Below are positions 39,941 through 50,010 of a stretch of 64,000 nucleotides of DNA, piece after piece. The notes under the pieces were generated by a model, which saw only the letters and a list, made by a program, of their open reading frames with translations, made no database searches and was not told where the DNA came from. Position 1 is the first letter of the stretch; each line of letters begins with the position of its first letter. The translations under genes and the position numbers were made by a program. Source of the stretch: Rubripirellula sp. (lineage in GTDB: Bacteria; Planctomycetota; Planctomycetia; Pirellulales; Pirellulaceae); the NCBI GenBank assembly GCA_965216875.1, contig OZ244207.1, positions 5,184,001-5,248,000 on the forward strand. The letters run 5' to 3'.

Positions 39941-40647
39941 TGTCCAACGCGAACGCCACTCCAAACATTGTTCGGCACATCGATGCGGGCGAAGTCTGCT
40001 GCGATCCCCAGTGGGAAGATGCGTATCGACGTTTTGAAACGGCCGAGGAAGAGATCGCAAAGTTCGTTTCACGACTAAAGCGATTCGGATTCGAAAGGCT
40101 TCCCAAAGAGGCACCAACGGTCGAACTTTTTTGCGGTCGTGGCGGCGGGTTGGTCGCCTTGGAAAGACTAGGATTTCAAAACATTGCGGGTGTCGATCTT
40201 TCCGACACGCTTCTTGCCCAGTACCGCGGCCCAGCCCAATTGCATCTTGCCGATTGCCGCGAACTTCCGTTTGAGGACGACGCATGGGAGATTGCGATTG
40301 TCCAAGGAGGACTGCATCACTTGCCGACGCTACCCGATGACCTTGACAAGGTACTGTCGGAAGTGCGCCGAGTTTTGAAACCAACCGGTACGTTTTACGT
40401 CGTCGAACCTTGGCTGACTCCGTTTCTTCGTTTCGTGCATGCCGTGGTCAGCCAGCCAATGGTTCGCAAAGTCTATGCCAAAGGCGATGCGTTGGCGGCC
40501 ATGATTGACCACGAGCGTGAAACGTACGAACAATGGCTCGCTCAACCCGACGTTTTACTGAAAGTGTTCCACCAACACTTTGAACCATCGGTGCAACAAA
40601 CCTCGTGGGGAAAACTGGTCTTTGCCGGAGTTCCGCGCGGCGGTTGA
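39940..40647 (+). CDS. Class I SAM-dependent methyltransferase
   Basis: VELFCGRG, GVDLS, GGLHHL, EVRRVLKP; 1-bp overlap with the previous gene. Confidence 0.88.
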   Translation: MSNANATPNIVRHIDAGEVCCDPQWEDAYRRFETAEEEIAKFVSRLKRFGFERLPKEAPTVELFCGRGGGLVALERLGFQNIAGVDLSDTLLAQYRGPAQLHLADCRELPFEDDAWEIAIVQGGLHHLPTLPDDLDKVLSEVRRVLKPTGTFYVVEPWLTPFLRFVHAVVSQPMVRKVYAKGDALAAMIDHERETYEQWLAQPDVLLKVFHQHFEPSVQQTSWGKLVFAGVPRGG

Positions 40648-40652
40648 AAACC

Positions 40653-40735
40653 GTAGTGGATATGGCAAGGAGTGCGTTCAGGGACTCGTGGCCTCGTCCA
40701 CTACAGGGCCTGGGACTCGTAGCCTCGTCCACTAC
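40653..40735. repeat. Three copies of the GTAGTGGACGAGGCCACGAGTCCC REP between convergent genes
   Basis: Degenerate forward copy at 40653; reverse copies at 40680-40704 and 40712-40735. Confidence 0.88.
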
Positions 40736-40744
40736 GTTGTGTCC

Positions 40745-41845
40745 CTAGGGTTCTTGATGTGGCAAGTCGAAGGCTTTCGCGACGGCGGCGTTGGTCACTT
40801 TTCCGCGATGCACATTGATCGCATCGCGAAGCGGGCCCGAAGCCTCGATGGAACCGTCGACACCAATGTCGGCCAGTCGCATCACCCAGGGAAGTGTCGC
40901 ATTGCAAAGGGCAAACGTGCTCGTCCGGCCAACCGCTCCGGGCATGTTGGCGACACAGTAGTGGACCACTTCATCGACGATGTAAGTCGGGTCACTATGC
41001 GTGGTCGGTCGGCTTGTCTCAATACACCCTCCTTGGTCGACGGCAACATCGATCACAACGCTACCGTGCTTCATCAGCCGCAGGTCTTCTTTGCGAACAA
41101 GTTGCGGTGCCTTTCCACCTGGAATCAAAACGGATCCAACCACAAGGTCGGCTCGCTGGATCTGTTCCAACACCGTGTGTCGGTCACAGTAAAGCATGTT
41201 CACATTGGCCGGCATGATATCGTCGAGATACCGCAAGCGATCAAGATTGACGTCAAGGATCGCGACGTCCGCTTGAAAACCAGCGGCAATCTTTGCAGCA
41301 TTTGCCCCCACGACGCCGCCGCCAAGAATCGTGATGTGTGCTGGGGGCACACCCGGGACGCCTCCGAGTAGAATCCCACGCCCCATCTGTGGCTTCTCGA
41401 GAAACTTCGCACCCTCCTGAATGCTCATCCGCCCCGCCACTTCGCTCATCGGCGTCAGTAGCGGTAGCCGTCCTCGATCGTCTCGAAGTGTTTCATAAGC
41501 AAAGCATGAAGCACCGCTTTCAATCATCGCGGTAGTCAAATTCAAGCTCGCGGCAAAGTGAAAGTAGGTGAAGACAATCTGACCGGGTCGAATCAGCGCG
41601 TACTCTTCCTCTTGCGGCTCTTTGACTTTGACGATCATGTCCGCCCGAGCGAACACGTCTTCGGCCGAGGCGGACAATTCTGCACCAGCCCGGAGGTACT
41701 CGTGATCAGGCAACCCCGACCCCAGGCCGGCCCCCGATTGGACCAACAGCGTGTGTCCACGACTAACCAACTCTTCGACACCAACGGGCAACATCGCGAC
41801 GCGGTATTCGTCTGTCTTCACCTCGGTCGGCACACCAATGATCAT
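40745..41845 (-). CDS. ald: Alanine dehydrogenase
   Basis: MIIGVPTEVK..EYRVA, KVKEP, LLTPMSEVAGR, DVAVDQGGC, HYCVANMPGAV. Confidence 0.96.
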   Translation of the reverse strand: MIIGVPTEVKTDEYRVAMLPVGVEELVSRGHTLLVQSGAGLGSGLPDHEYLRAGAELSASAEDVFARADMIVKVKEPQEEEYALIRPGQIVFTYFHFAASLNLTTAMIESGASCFAYETLRDDRGRLPLLTPMSEVAGRMSIQEGAKFLEKPQMGRGILLGGVPGVPPAHITILGGGVVGANAAKIAAGFQADVAILDVNLDRLRYLDDIMPANVNMLYCDRHTVLEQIQRADLVVGSVLIPGGKAPQLVRKEDLRLMKHGSVVIDVAVDQGGCIETSRPTTHSDPTYIVDEVVHYCVANMPGAVGRTSTFALCNATLPWVMRLADIGVDGSIEASGPLRDAINVHRGKVTNAAVAKAFDLPHQEP

Positions 41846-41993
41846 CTTTTTTCGTCCCTCGATTCAGTCTCAAAAACGCGGCTGTCACGATGCGCACCAG
41901 AAAGCGTGTTCCGGTCAGCGAAGCATGCAAAAGTTGAGCGAAGTTTATGGTATACGATTCGCCCGAACGGCGAACAAATCGGAGACTTCGCCT

Positions 41994-43217
41994 CTAGCTC
42001 TTGAACGGACGCGCTTCGCCTGACAACCTCGTGAGCATCGCAGAGAGTTGCGTCGAGAGTTGCTCCATCAACGGATCGGCTTGCCCTCGAGGCGCACGTT
42101 CGGTTGGAACCTTGATCGCCTCGTCAAACTCAATCACAACCTTCAGCGGCACCGAAACGTCTGCCTTGCCGTACAGCGTCTCCTGCATCCGCTGGATCGT
42201 TTCGACAATCCTTGTGTCGGTCACTTCATCGGGAAGCAGGTAACAGTCAGGGTACGAAAGTAATTCTTGAGCCAAATCGGCGGCAATCACATCGTTGCGT
42301 AACCGTGTCGTCTCGCCAGAGTCTTTGGAAGCACCACCATCGAAATAGCGTTTTACAACTTCCGACCGAATCGAACGCACGCGAGCGCGGATATCGGGAT
42401 CAGAAGGGTCCATTGTTAGTCGGTCCTCGGTGCGCTCGAGCAGATGCTCGATCAAACCATCGCGTCGCTCAGGAAGCTCTCCAGAACGTGAGCTACCAAA
42501 GTACTGGACTTCTTTAAGCGACAACAATGCTTCGGCCAAACAAACGGTTCGCTGCAGCAACGACTGGTCGGTAGGCCTGTGCCACCCAAGGCTTTTTTCA
42601 ATGCGCGTCAGCTGCTGATCAATCCACGGCGAGACATCGTCGTCAACGCACAAGTATTTCATGCCAACAGGATGCACCACTACATTGCCGCCATCATTCT
42701 TGCTTCGCTTGCGCGCTGCCGAACGGGCAATGAAGGCGACGCCATCAAGCAACGGCTTCAAAACATCGTTGGTTCGGTTGGTAGTCCCTTCAGGAAACAA
42801 AATCAACGGGCGCGTTGCGTTGACCAAGATATCGATTGCCGTTTCCAGGCTTTGCCGATCGCTCCCTTCGCGGTTAATACTGAAGCCGCCCATTTTTTGA
42901 ATGGCAAAGCTATCAAACCACCCCTCATTGAACAGATGCCAGGATGCCATCGCGAAGACATGCGTCCCGGCCTCCCGAGCGGGCCACCCGAGCGCAAGCG
43001 GATCGGCATAGCGACAATGATTCGGGGCCAAGAGAATGCCATCACCTCGGTCGAGCGAATCACGCAGTCGATCCAAGTGGCGACATTCGCGTCCCACCAC
43101 GCCTTCTTTGGACTTGAGGTGTCGATCAACCAGGCGAAACGTTTGAATGAACGACGGCCACAGGTTTCCCCGATGCGCCGGCACAAACTCGTAGGGTCGT
43201 TCAAAAACGACAGTCAT
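41994..43217 (-). CDS. Lysophospholipid/glycerol acyltransferase (PlsC superfamily)
   Basis: NHCRYAD (HX4D), LFPEGT. ATG at 43217. Confidence 0.85.
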   Translation of the reverse strand: MTVVFERPYEFVPAHRGNLWPSFIQTFRLVDRHLKSKEGVVGRECRHLDRLRDSLDRGDGILLAPNHCRYADPLALGWPAREAGTHVFAMASWHLFNEGWFDSFAIQKMGGFSINREGSDRQSLETAIDILVNATRPLILFPEGTTNRTNDVLKPLLDGVAFIARSAARKRSKNDGGNVVVHPVGMKYLCVDDDVSPWIDQQLTRIEKSLGWHRPTDQSLLQRTVCLAEALLSLKEVQYFGSSRSGELPERRDGLIEHLLERTEDRLTMDPSDPDIRARVRSIRSEVVKRYFDGGASKDSGETTRLRNDVIAADLAQELLSYPDCYLLPDEVTDTRIVETIQRMQETLYGKADVSVPLKVVIEFDEAIKVPTERAPRGQADPLMEQLSTQLSAMLTRLSGEARPFKS

Positions 43218-43293
43218 CGAAACTCTCTTATGGGGCCAGTAGGGGCAATTTCCGAAAGGATCCCAACACCCCAAAGACGCGCCGAGGGAGAGA

Positions 43294-44841
43294 TCAGCTT
43301 CCGGTCACACGTGCCAGGAAGAAACCTAGCGCGACGGCGACAATGAATAGAGCGAGGATCAACGCGCCTAGCAACATCGGGTCGATTCCCTTTTTCTGTT
43401 GCCGTGACGACCGCGACTTGCGAGAGCCATAGATGTCGGATTCGTCGCCGATTTGCACATCGGATTGGCTCGACGAATCAGGACGTGCTGCCACCGGCCC
43501 CTCTTTTGCCCGCGCAGCAGGATCAGCGCTGGCGCGATAGCCCGATTCCAATTGCAGGTCTAAGAAGCTGCCTTCAATCAAATCGGGCCGTTGTTTGATG
43601 TCGACAAGTCGGCCACTGTCGCTCGCGCTCAAGCCTTTACCACGGACTAACTCTCGCTTGCTTGTCAGCGTGTCGTCATTCTTGTTGGTCACCGTGTCGC
43701 CCGGGACAGACGAGCGATCACCTTCATCGAGAGAGATGGACGACGAACCGTCGTCTACCTCAAAATCCGGCGACGCGCCCAATCCGGAGGTCACCTTTTG
43801 TCCCTTGGGCACTGCATTGACAAACTTCTCCATCACCTCAGCAACATCTTTTGCTGTTTGGTAACGGTAGGCCGGGTCCTTTTGGATCATCTTGACACAG
43901 ATGCCTTCAAGTTCGCCTGGACAATCGGGACGCAATTGTCGAATGGGCGTTGGCATCTCCGTTTGATGCTTGGCGATCCGCTGTGCCAACGTCCCGTCGC
44001 TGAACGGTGGCTTGCCTGTCAACAAAAAGTAAAGCGTGCAACCGAGGCCATAGATGTCGGCTCGATGATCCACCGTATGGCTGTTGAGTGCCTGCTCGGG
44101 CGCCAGATAGTCGGCGGTGCCCAAAACGTTTTCGTTGTTCGCAACGGTCAGCGATTCTTCATCGTCAGAATTGACGAGAGCTAACCCCATATCGAGCAAG
44201 CGGACAATGTTGTCTTGATCAATCAGCAGATTGGCCGGTTTCACATCACGATGAATCACGCCCTTGCTGTGAGCATGTTCCAAACCGCGAGCCGCTTGGC
44301 CAATCACTTCGGCCGCGGTTGAACAATCGAGCGCTCCGTCTCGCTTGACGAGCATCTGCAAATCGAGACCGTCGACATACTCCATCACGATGTAGTGAAC
44401 ATCGCCTTCATTATCGATGTCGTACGCCAAGACAATGTTGGGATGGTTGAGTGTCGCGATCGCTTTGGCTTCGAGCTGGAAGCGAGCCAAATAGGTTGCA
44501 TCATCGACACGCTTTTTGGGAAGCACCTTGATCGCCCGGCGGTCACCCATCTTGGTGTGCTGGGCCAGGTAAACACTGCTCATGCCGCCAGTGCCGATGT
44601 GCCCAAGCAACTTGTACTTGCCCAGGAAGAAGCCCTTGTATTTTCCGGTCAGCAACTTTTCGATGTGCCAATCGGTCAACAAATCTTCGCGTTTGAACAA
44701 CGCGGCGAGTTTCTTGGGCGAGGTGGGCAGGCCGTCGTACTTCGCACGGATCTTCTCCACCAAGCGATCTTGAGCCTTGGCGTCGACGAGGCCGCTTTTT
44801 GCGACCATATCGAGAAATCGTTCCGAAGTGAGCTGCGACAT
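43294..44841 (-). CDS. Ser/Thr kinase with a C-terminal membrane anchor
   Basis: IGTGGMSSV, RAIK, HRDVKPAN, LDMGLA, GTADYLAPE; terminal TM. ATG at 44841. Confidence 0.93.
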   Translation of the reverse strand: MSQLTSERFLDMVAKSGLVDAKAQDRLVEKIRAKYDGLPTSPKKLAALFKREDLLTDWHIEKLLTGKYKGFFLGKYKLLGHIGTGGMSSVYLAQHTKMGDRRAIKVLPKKRVDDATYLARFQLEAKAIATLNHPNIVLAYDIDNEGDVHYIVMEYVDGLDLQMLVKRDGALDCSTAAEVIGQAARGLEHAHSKGVIHRDVKPANLLIDQDNIVRLLDMGLALVNSDDEESLTVANNENVLGTADYLAPEQALNSHTVDHRADIYGLGCTLYFLLTGKPPFSDGTLAQRIAKHQTEMPTPIRQLRPDCPGELEGICVKMIQKDPAYRYQTAKDVAEVMEKFVNAVPKGQKVTSGLGASPDFEVDDGSSSISLDEGDRSSVPGDTVTNKNDDTLTSKRELVRGKGLSASDSGRLVDIKQRPDLIEGSFLDLQLESGYRASADPAARAKEGPVAARPDSSSQSDVQIGDESDIYGSRKSRSSRQQKKGIDPMLLGALILALFIVAVALGFFLARVTGS

Positions 44842-45085
44842 GGGCTGCCGGCCGTGACCCCATGGAGAATGTGGTGGTGGTGTGAGAAGATAACAGGTTT
44901 GTAACGGGTGGTTAACCGTTCGGTCCACAATCGACGATTTTCGGACTTGGGACCGAACCGGTAGGGCACTACCCGAATTGGCGCATTTCCCATCAACTTC
45001 CCGTCACGGCTCCCTAATTTAATCGGGATCCTTTTGGTCGCGACGGGATTCATGCCCCCGAACACGCTGTCTTCTGCCTAGCTCC

Positions 45086-45976
45086 TTGAATTCGCCCTCC
45101 AATTCCCCCCAATCCGATTCTTCGGACGCCCCAACGCCCCCGAAAAGCCGCCATGTCCTGGGGCTAATGACCAAATTCTGGGATCCGGGCAGGGTCAAAA
45201 CTCGCCTCGGTGAGTCCATTGGAATGGGTCAATCCGCGCTCCTGCACCAAGCTTTCACGACCCATCTTTGCCGGCAACTCCATGCGGCAGGCGATGCTCG
45301 GGAAATCTGCTTCGCGCCCGATTCGGGCCAGCAAGCCTTCGAGGCCTGGCTGACGCAACTCGCAATCCGCCAAGGACCAGGACGAGAAAGCGAATCGGAC
45401 CAACGCGGCTGGGGACTGTGGCCTCAAGGAAAGGGGGATTTGGGAGAGCGAATGTCACGCTGGTTTCGCCGGCACTTGGTTGCCCCCAATGCCGACGATG
45501 CAATCGAAGCCAAAAATGCAATCAACACGCCAACCGATGTGCTCCGTGAAGGAAATGACGTCCCCGCCCCCAATGCGACACCTGACCAAGCGGTGCGAGC
45601 CGTGCTGATCGGCGCCGACCTACCGACGCTAGGCGAATCCGTGATCGCGGATGCCTTCGCCAAACTCGCCGATCACGACGTCGTGCTCGGCCCGGCCGCC
45701 GATGGCGGGTACTACCTGATCGGGTTGGCTGGCCCCTGGACGCAGCCATTGGAGACTCTGTTTCGAGACATCCCCTGGAGCGAGAGTGAAGTCTTCGCGA
45801 CCACCTGCGACAGAATCACTCACGCCAACCTTTCGCTTGCCATCTTGCCGATCGCAGAAGATATCGACACGATCACGGAACTCGAGCATCTGATCTCGAA
45901 ACTGGGCCAAAAGGCCTCCTCGGGCGACGAGACCGCGGCAAGTCTGCTCGGTCAGATCAATCACGTGATCGAATGA
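45086..45976 (+). CDS. DUF2064 / TIGR04282-like transferase (radical SAM/arsenosugar-associated)
   Basis: MTK...PGRVKTRL, QGKGDLGERM, VLIGADLP, VVLGPAADGGYYLIGL, IPWS, DIDT. Confidence 0.85.
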   Translation: MNSPSNSPQSDSSDAPTPPKSRHVLGLMTKFWDPGRVKTRLGESIGMGQSALLHQAFTTHLCRQLHAAGDAREICFAPDSGQQAFEAWLTQLAIRQGPGRESESDQRGWGLWPQGKGDLGERMSRWFRRHLVAPNADDAIEAKNAINTPTDVLREGNDVPAPNATPDQAVRAVLIGADLPTLGESVIADAFAKLADHDVVLGPAADGGYYLIGLAGPWTQPLETLFRDIPWSESEVFATTCDRITHANLSLAILPIAEDIDTITELEHLISKLGQKASSGDETAASLLGQINHVIE

Positions 45977-47178
45977 TCTCGACACGCCAACCTTCATCAC
46001 CGACGACGAAACCACCAACCATCTTGAGCGATCGAATCCTAATCATCGGCGGCGGTGCCATCGGTCTTTCCACCGCGTGGGAACTCGCGCGTCGTGGATG
46101 CGCCGTCACTCTGCTCGAACGCAATCAAAGTGTTGGCCGCGCAACGTCATGGTCAGCCGCTGGGATTCTGCCGCCAGCCAATTTCGAGACCGCAACGGAC
46201 CCCATCGATCGACTCCGCGGGCTTAGTCACAACCTCTTTCCCGAGTGGGTCGCCAACCTACAAGCGACCACTGGAATCGACCCAGGACTACGGCGATGTG
46301 GTGGTTGGTACCTTGCGAACACGCCTGGCGAAAAAGCCAGCATGATTGGCATGACCGACTATTGGCAAAGTCTCGAAATCGAATGCCAACCCATTTCAAG
46401 TGACGAACTTGCCAAGCAAGAACCGGCGTTATCAAACGCCATCGTCGAAACGGCGGCGGCCTGGTGGGTGCCCGACGAATACCAATTGCGATGCCCCGAT
46501 CATCTCAAAGCGCTCGAGACGGCGTGTCAGATCGCAGGCGTAGAAATCAAAACTGACGCCAAAGTCACGGACTTGCGTTGGAACGCCGACTCGGTCTCGG
46601 CCCAGTGCGATGACGTCTGGCTCGACGCGGACCATGTTGTGGTTTGTGGCGGCGCATGGACGGGATTGGTTGCCGATGAGCTTGGTCTCGAATCGAGTCT
46701 GATTCCCGTTCGCGGACAAATCATGCTCTTTCAAACCGACACGCCTCTTCTTCGTGGCATCGTCAACGTTGGGCATCGGTATGTTTTGTGCCGCGACGAT
46801 GGCAACACACTGGTTGGGTCGTGCGAGGAAGAAGTCGGCTTCCAACTTGGCACAACCGAAGTAATGCTAGAGACTCTGCGACAGTTTGCGGTCGAGTTGG
46901 TACCTGAACTCGAAGGGGCCACGATCGCCAAGTCATGGTCAGGACTGCGACCGTTGACCTTTGATGGCTTCCCGATGATCGGTCCGATCCCGCAGTGCAA
47001 CCGTGTGCACATCGCAGCAGGTCATTTTCGAAGTGGCATCCATTTATCGCCTGCGACCGCAACCGTGATCGCCGACAACATCCTGGGCGTTCCCCCCAAA
47101 GTCGACCTCGACCCGTTCCGCGTCGGCAAGCAACAACATCAACCCATCACACAACCAAACTCTTTTTCCAACCTATGA
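45973..47178 (+). CDS. thiO: Glycine oxidase ThiO-like FAD-dependent oxidoreductase (DAO family)
   Basis: IIGGGAIG, SWSAAGILPP, PVRGQ, WSGLRP, GHFRSGIHLSP; ATGA overlap. Confidence 0.7.
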   Translation: MISTRQPSSPTTKPPTILSDRILIIGGGAIGLSTAWELARRGCAVTLLERNQSVGRATSWSAAGILPPANFETATDPIDRLRGLSHNLFPEWVANLQATTGIDPGLRRCGGWYLANTPGEKASMIGMTDYWQSLEIECQPISSDELAKQEPALSNAIVETAAAWWVPDEYQLRCPDHLKALETACQIAGVEIKTDAKVTDLRWNADSVSAQCDDVWLDADHVVVCGGAWTGLVADELGLESSLIPVRGQIMLFQTDTPLLRGIVNVGHRYVLCRDDGNTLVGSCEEEVGFQLGTTEVMLETLRQFAVELVPELEGATIAKSWSGLRPLTFDGFPMIGPIPQCNRVHIAAGHFRSGIHLSPATATVIADNILGVPPKVDLDPFRVGKQQHQPITQPNSFSNL

Positions 47179-47846
47179 GCGAGATCACTTACGAGGACGA
47201 CCTAACGCTTGACCCACCAGGTTCGATTGCAATCATCGGCGCCGGTCCACTTGGCATCGAAGCAGCACTTTACGGCCGGTTCCTCGGGTACGACATCACC
47301 CTCTTTGAAGCGAATGAGATTGCAAATTCTCTGCAAGCTCGACGCGACGAGCCGCTGCCGATGCTACCCGACCGCGTCCTTTCTCCACTCGCGCTTTCGG
47401 CGCTGGCGGCCCAAATCGAATCGGATCAACTCACCCTACCGACAACGTGCGGCGAATGGATCGACAAGGCGCTCGTGCCGCTGACGGAAACCGATCTACT
47501 CGCAGGCCGTGTTCGCGTTCCCGATGAAGTGACCTCCATCACCACGGTCCCCATCGAACTGGAAGAGGGCGACGAAGAAGAAGACGTCGCAGACATTCCA
47601 GCCGACTTTCAGTTGTCATCGACCCAGGGCGAAGCATCAACCTTCGAAGCGGTCATCGTCGCGACGGGAACAGCTGATGTCGACCTCGACTTTTCGCTCC
47701 CCACGCCCTACTTCTTCCGCATCGGCAGCACGGAACTTGAGTCGGAAGAGGAGACGCTCGATGCAGGCCGCAAAGCGATTGTCACCCTCTTTGCAACCCT
47801 CGCGGGCCGCAAAGACCTCGATCTGTATCGCCCTAGACGCGGCTAA
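47175..47846 (+). CDS. Short FAD/NAD(P)-binding Rossmann protein
   Basis: IAIIGAGPLGIEAALYGR...LFEA and FEAVIVATG; ATG at 47175 overlaps the previous stop. Confidence 0.7.
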   Translation: MSEITYEDDLTLDPPGSIAIIGAGPLGIEAALYGRFLGYDITLFEANEIANSLQARRDEPLPMLPDRVLSPLALSALAAQIESDQLTLPTTCGEWIDKALVPLTETDLLAGRVRVPDEVTSITTVPIELEEGDEEEDVADIPADFQLSSTQGEASTFEAVIVATGTADVDLDFSLPTPYFFRIGSTELESEEETLDAGRKAIVTLFATLAGRKDLDLYRPRRG

Positions 47847-47860
47847 GTCTTCGCTGCTCG

Positions 47861-48940
47861 CTATTCCACCTTCAGCGGAATCTGCACGTTGAAGGTGCGA
47901 ACACGTTCTTTGTTGGTGGCGGCGGCACAACTGAGCGCCACCGGCTTGCCATCCACCACAAGGATTTGAGGTCGCTCGAGTGCGGACATCTTTTCAATGC
48001 CACCCTCTTCCCAATTGATTTGCAGCGTCGAAACCAATGGCGACTTGGCACGCTTCCAATCAAGTCCATCGGTTGACTCGAACAACGCCATCGAAACTCC
48101 GGCGCCGGTAAAGTAACCGCGCATGTCTTTGACGATCGCCCAGTACCGATCGTCGCCTCGCCAAATATAAGGGTCTTCGGCGGCAAAGTTTTGACCGGGA
48201 ACGGTGAATGCTTCCTTGTACGTTTTCTTGAACGGGCCGGTGGGACTGTCGGCAATCGCGACGAGATGCGAGACGGGCCCACCAAACGGAAGTGGCTTCT
48301 CTTTTCCGACGCACTTGTAGACCATCAACACACCACCATCTGGTCGAAACGCGACCGATGGATTCGAAACGCAAAGCGAGTCCGGCTTTTCGGCGTCAAC
48401 GCTGATGTCGATCACCGGCTGATCAAATCGCTTCCAAGGGCCGCTAGGAGAATCTGCCACAGCGACGCCGATCCGCTGCAGGTTTCGGTGTTCCCAATTG
48501 AGAGGTGTCTCGACGACGTTGTTGCCGCGATTGCCCATGTAGTAGAGGTAGTACTTCTTACCGCGTTTCAAAACGGTCGGGTTGTGCGTACAGGATCCAT
48601 CCCAAAACTCTCCGCCTCGAGCTGGCAACGCGACATCAACGTGCTTCCATGGTCCCGTCGGCGAATCGCTGACGGCATGAGCGATTTCGGAGTGCGTGAC
48701 CCACGCCCAGTGACTGAGTTTTCGTGGCCAGCGCGAGTAGAACATGTGGTACTTGCCGTCGTCCCCTTTCACCGGCGCACCACCCCAAATCTCATATTCG
48801 TCATCGATGAATTTTGCCGTCGCAGGCACCGGCTGCATCATCTTAGAAAAGTCGTACTCAATGGATTGAGCAGCAACTTCGGAGCTCGGCGTACCAAGGG
48901 AAGCAAAAAGCAGGACGGCGGCAAAAAGTAGTCGTATCAC
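47861..48940 (-). CDS. Secreted five-bladed beta-propeller glycoside hydrolase (GH43-like)
   Basis: Signal peptide; YHMFYSRW, AHAVSDSPTGPW, HNPT, SNPSV, EDPYIW, ERPQ. Confidence 0.8.
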   Translation of the reverse strand: MIRLLFAAVLLFASLGTPSSEVAAQSIEYDFSKMMQPVPATAKFIDDEYEIWGGAPVKGDDGKYHMFYSRWPRKLSHWAWVTHSEIAHAVSDSPTGPWKHVDVALPARGGEFWDGSCTHNPTVLKRGKKYYLYYMGNRGNNVVETPLNWEHRNLQRIGVAVADSPSGPWKRFDQPVIDISVDAEKPDSLCVSNPSVAFRPDGGVLMVYKCVGKEKPLPFGGPVSHLVAIADSPTGPFKKTYKEAFTVPGQNFAAEDPYIWRGDDRYWAIVKDMRGYFTGAGVSMALFESTDGLDWKRAKSPLVSTLQINWEEGGIEKMSALERPQILVVDGKPVALSCAAATNKERVRTFNVQIPLKVE

Positions 48941-49047
48941 AGCGGAAGTTCATCGAGTGGGCGTGGAGTTTTAGATCCCGCATTGTAGATCAAATCCGCA
49001 AAACGAAAACGCGTGACGAACGAACGCGCAGTTGCTGAGTCGCGTCC

Positions 49048-49111
49048 GCTTGTAGTACCGAGCTTTGGCCGGAATCTTCAGGCCCTTCCGCCTAAAAGCG
49101 GGACTACGAAC
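49048..49111. repeat. GTAGTACCG-family REPIN
   Basis: GTAGTACCGAGCTTTGGCCGGAATCTTCA...CCGCCTAAAAGCGGGACTACGAAC; similar to 32967-33029 and to the reverse complement of 30536-30598. Confidence 0.88.
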
Positions 49112-49113
49112 GC

Positions 49114-50007
49114 CTAGGAGCTCGCACTCCGGTAGCTTAGGAGCGCCTTTTTGAAGACCCAGCGACTCGCGGCAACACTCATCACCGTTGCAACGACCGC
49201 CCAAAGCACCAACATCCATTCCCAATCCTCGCGAGGATTCAGCGGCCGAGCGATGAGCCTTGCTGGAACATTGACAACCAACAAGACAGGCACGACGAAT
49301 GTGAAGAACCCAAACAGTGGCTTCCCCCAACCGCGATTGTAAATCTCCATCGGGTAACGGCTGAAGTTGGTGATGTAAAACCAGAAGTTGTACAGGGATT
49401 GGTTGCGTCCCAACCAAATGCTTGTGGCGCTAAGGCTGATCATCAAGCTGTACATGATGGCAACGCCACAGAGCAGGAAGATGAGGTACAGCACCAACGA
49501 AAGGGCGGTGGGAACCATCGCATCGACTTCGCGGTTTGCGAGCGTGTGCAAACAGACCGCGGCGATGATCAGGCCTGCTGCAAAATTCGACAGCGCACTC
49601 CAATCGATCCGACGGAACGAGATAAGAAACTGAGTGTCGATTGGTTTGAGCAGCGCAAAATCGAGCCCACCGGTGCGAATCAGTTCGCTGAACTCTTGTG
49701 CGTTGGGCATAAAGAACGCCTGCACCATCGAGTTGATGAACCAAGTGGTCGCGATGAACAAAAAGAACTTCTCGCGGTCCCACCCGCTGTCCTGGCCGAT
49801 CGTGTTGGTGTACTGAAAGATGATCAGATAGAAGCCAACATTCATCAACGTCCAGCCGATGCTGCTAACGCATTGCATGATGAAGTTCGTTCGAAAGGTC
49901 ATGTCACGCACAATGCTGTTACGTGCGAAGGTTAAGAAAACCTTCCAATACTTGGGCCTTGCCCTCGAGCCCTGTTCGATTTGCGTTTCGTCGATCGTTG
50001 CTGACAT
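49114..50007 (-). CDS. ABC-2 family transporter permease (DUF990-type)
   Basis: MTFRTNF, GWDR, IRTGGLDFALLKPID, RYPMEIY; ~6 TMs. Confidence 0.85.
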   Translation of the reverse strand: MSATIDETQIEQGSRARPKYWKVFLTFARNSIVRDMTFRTNFIMQCVSSIGWTLMNVGFYLIIFQYTNTIGQDSGWDREKFFLFIATTWFINSMVQAFFMPNAQEFSELIRTGGLDFALLKPIDTQFLISFRRIDWSALSNFAAGLIIAAVCLHTLANREVDAMVPTALSLVLYLIFLLCGVAIMYSLMISLSATSIWLGRNQSLYNFWFYITNFSRYPMEIYNRGWGKPLFGFFTFVVPVLLVVNVPARLIARPLNPREDWEWMLVLWAVVATVMSVAASRWVFKKALLSYRSASS

Positions 50008-50010
50008 CGC

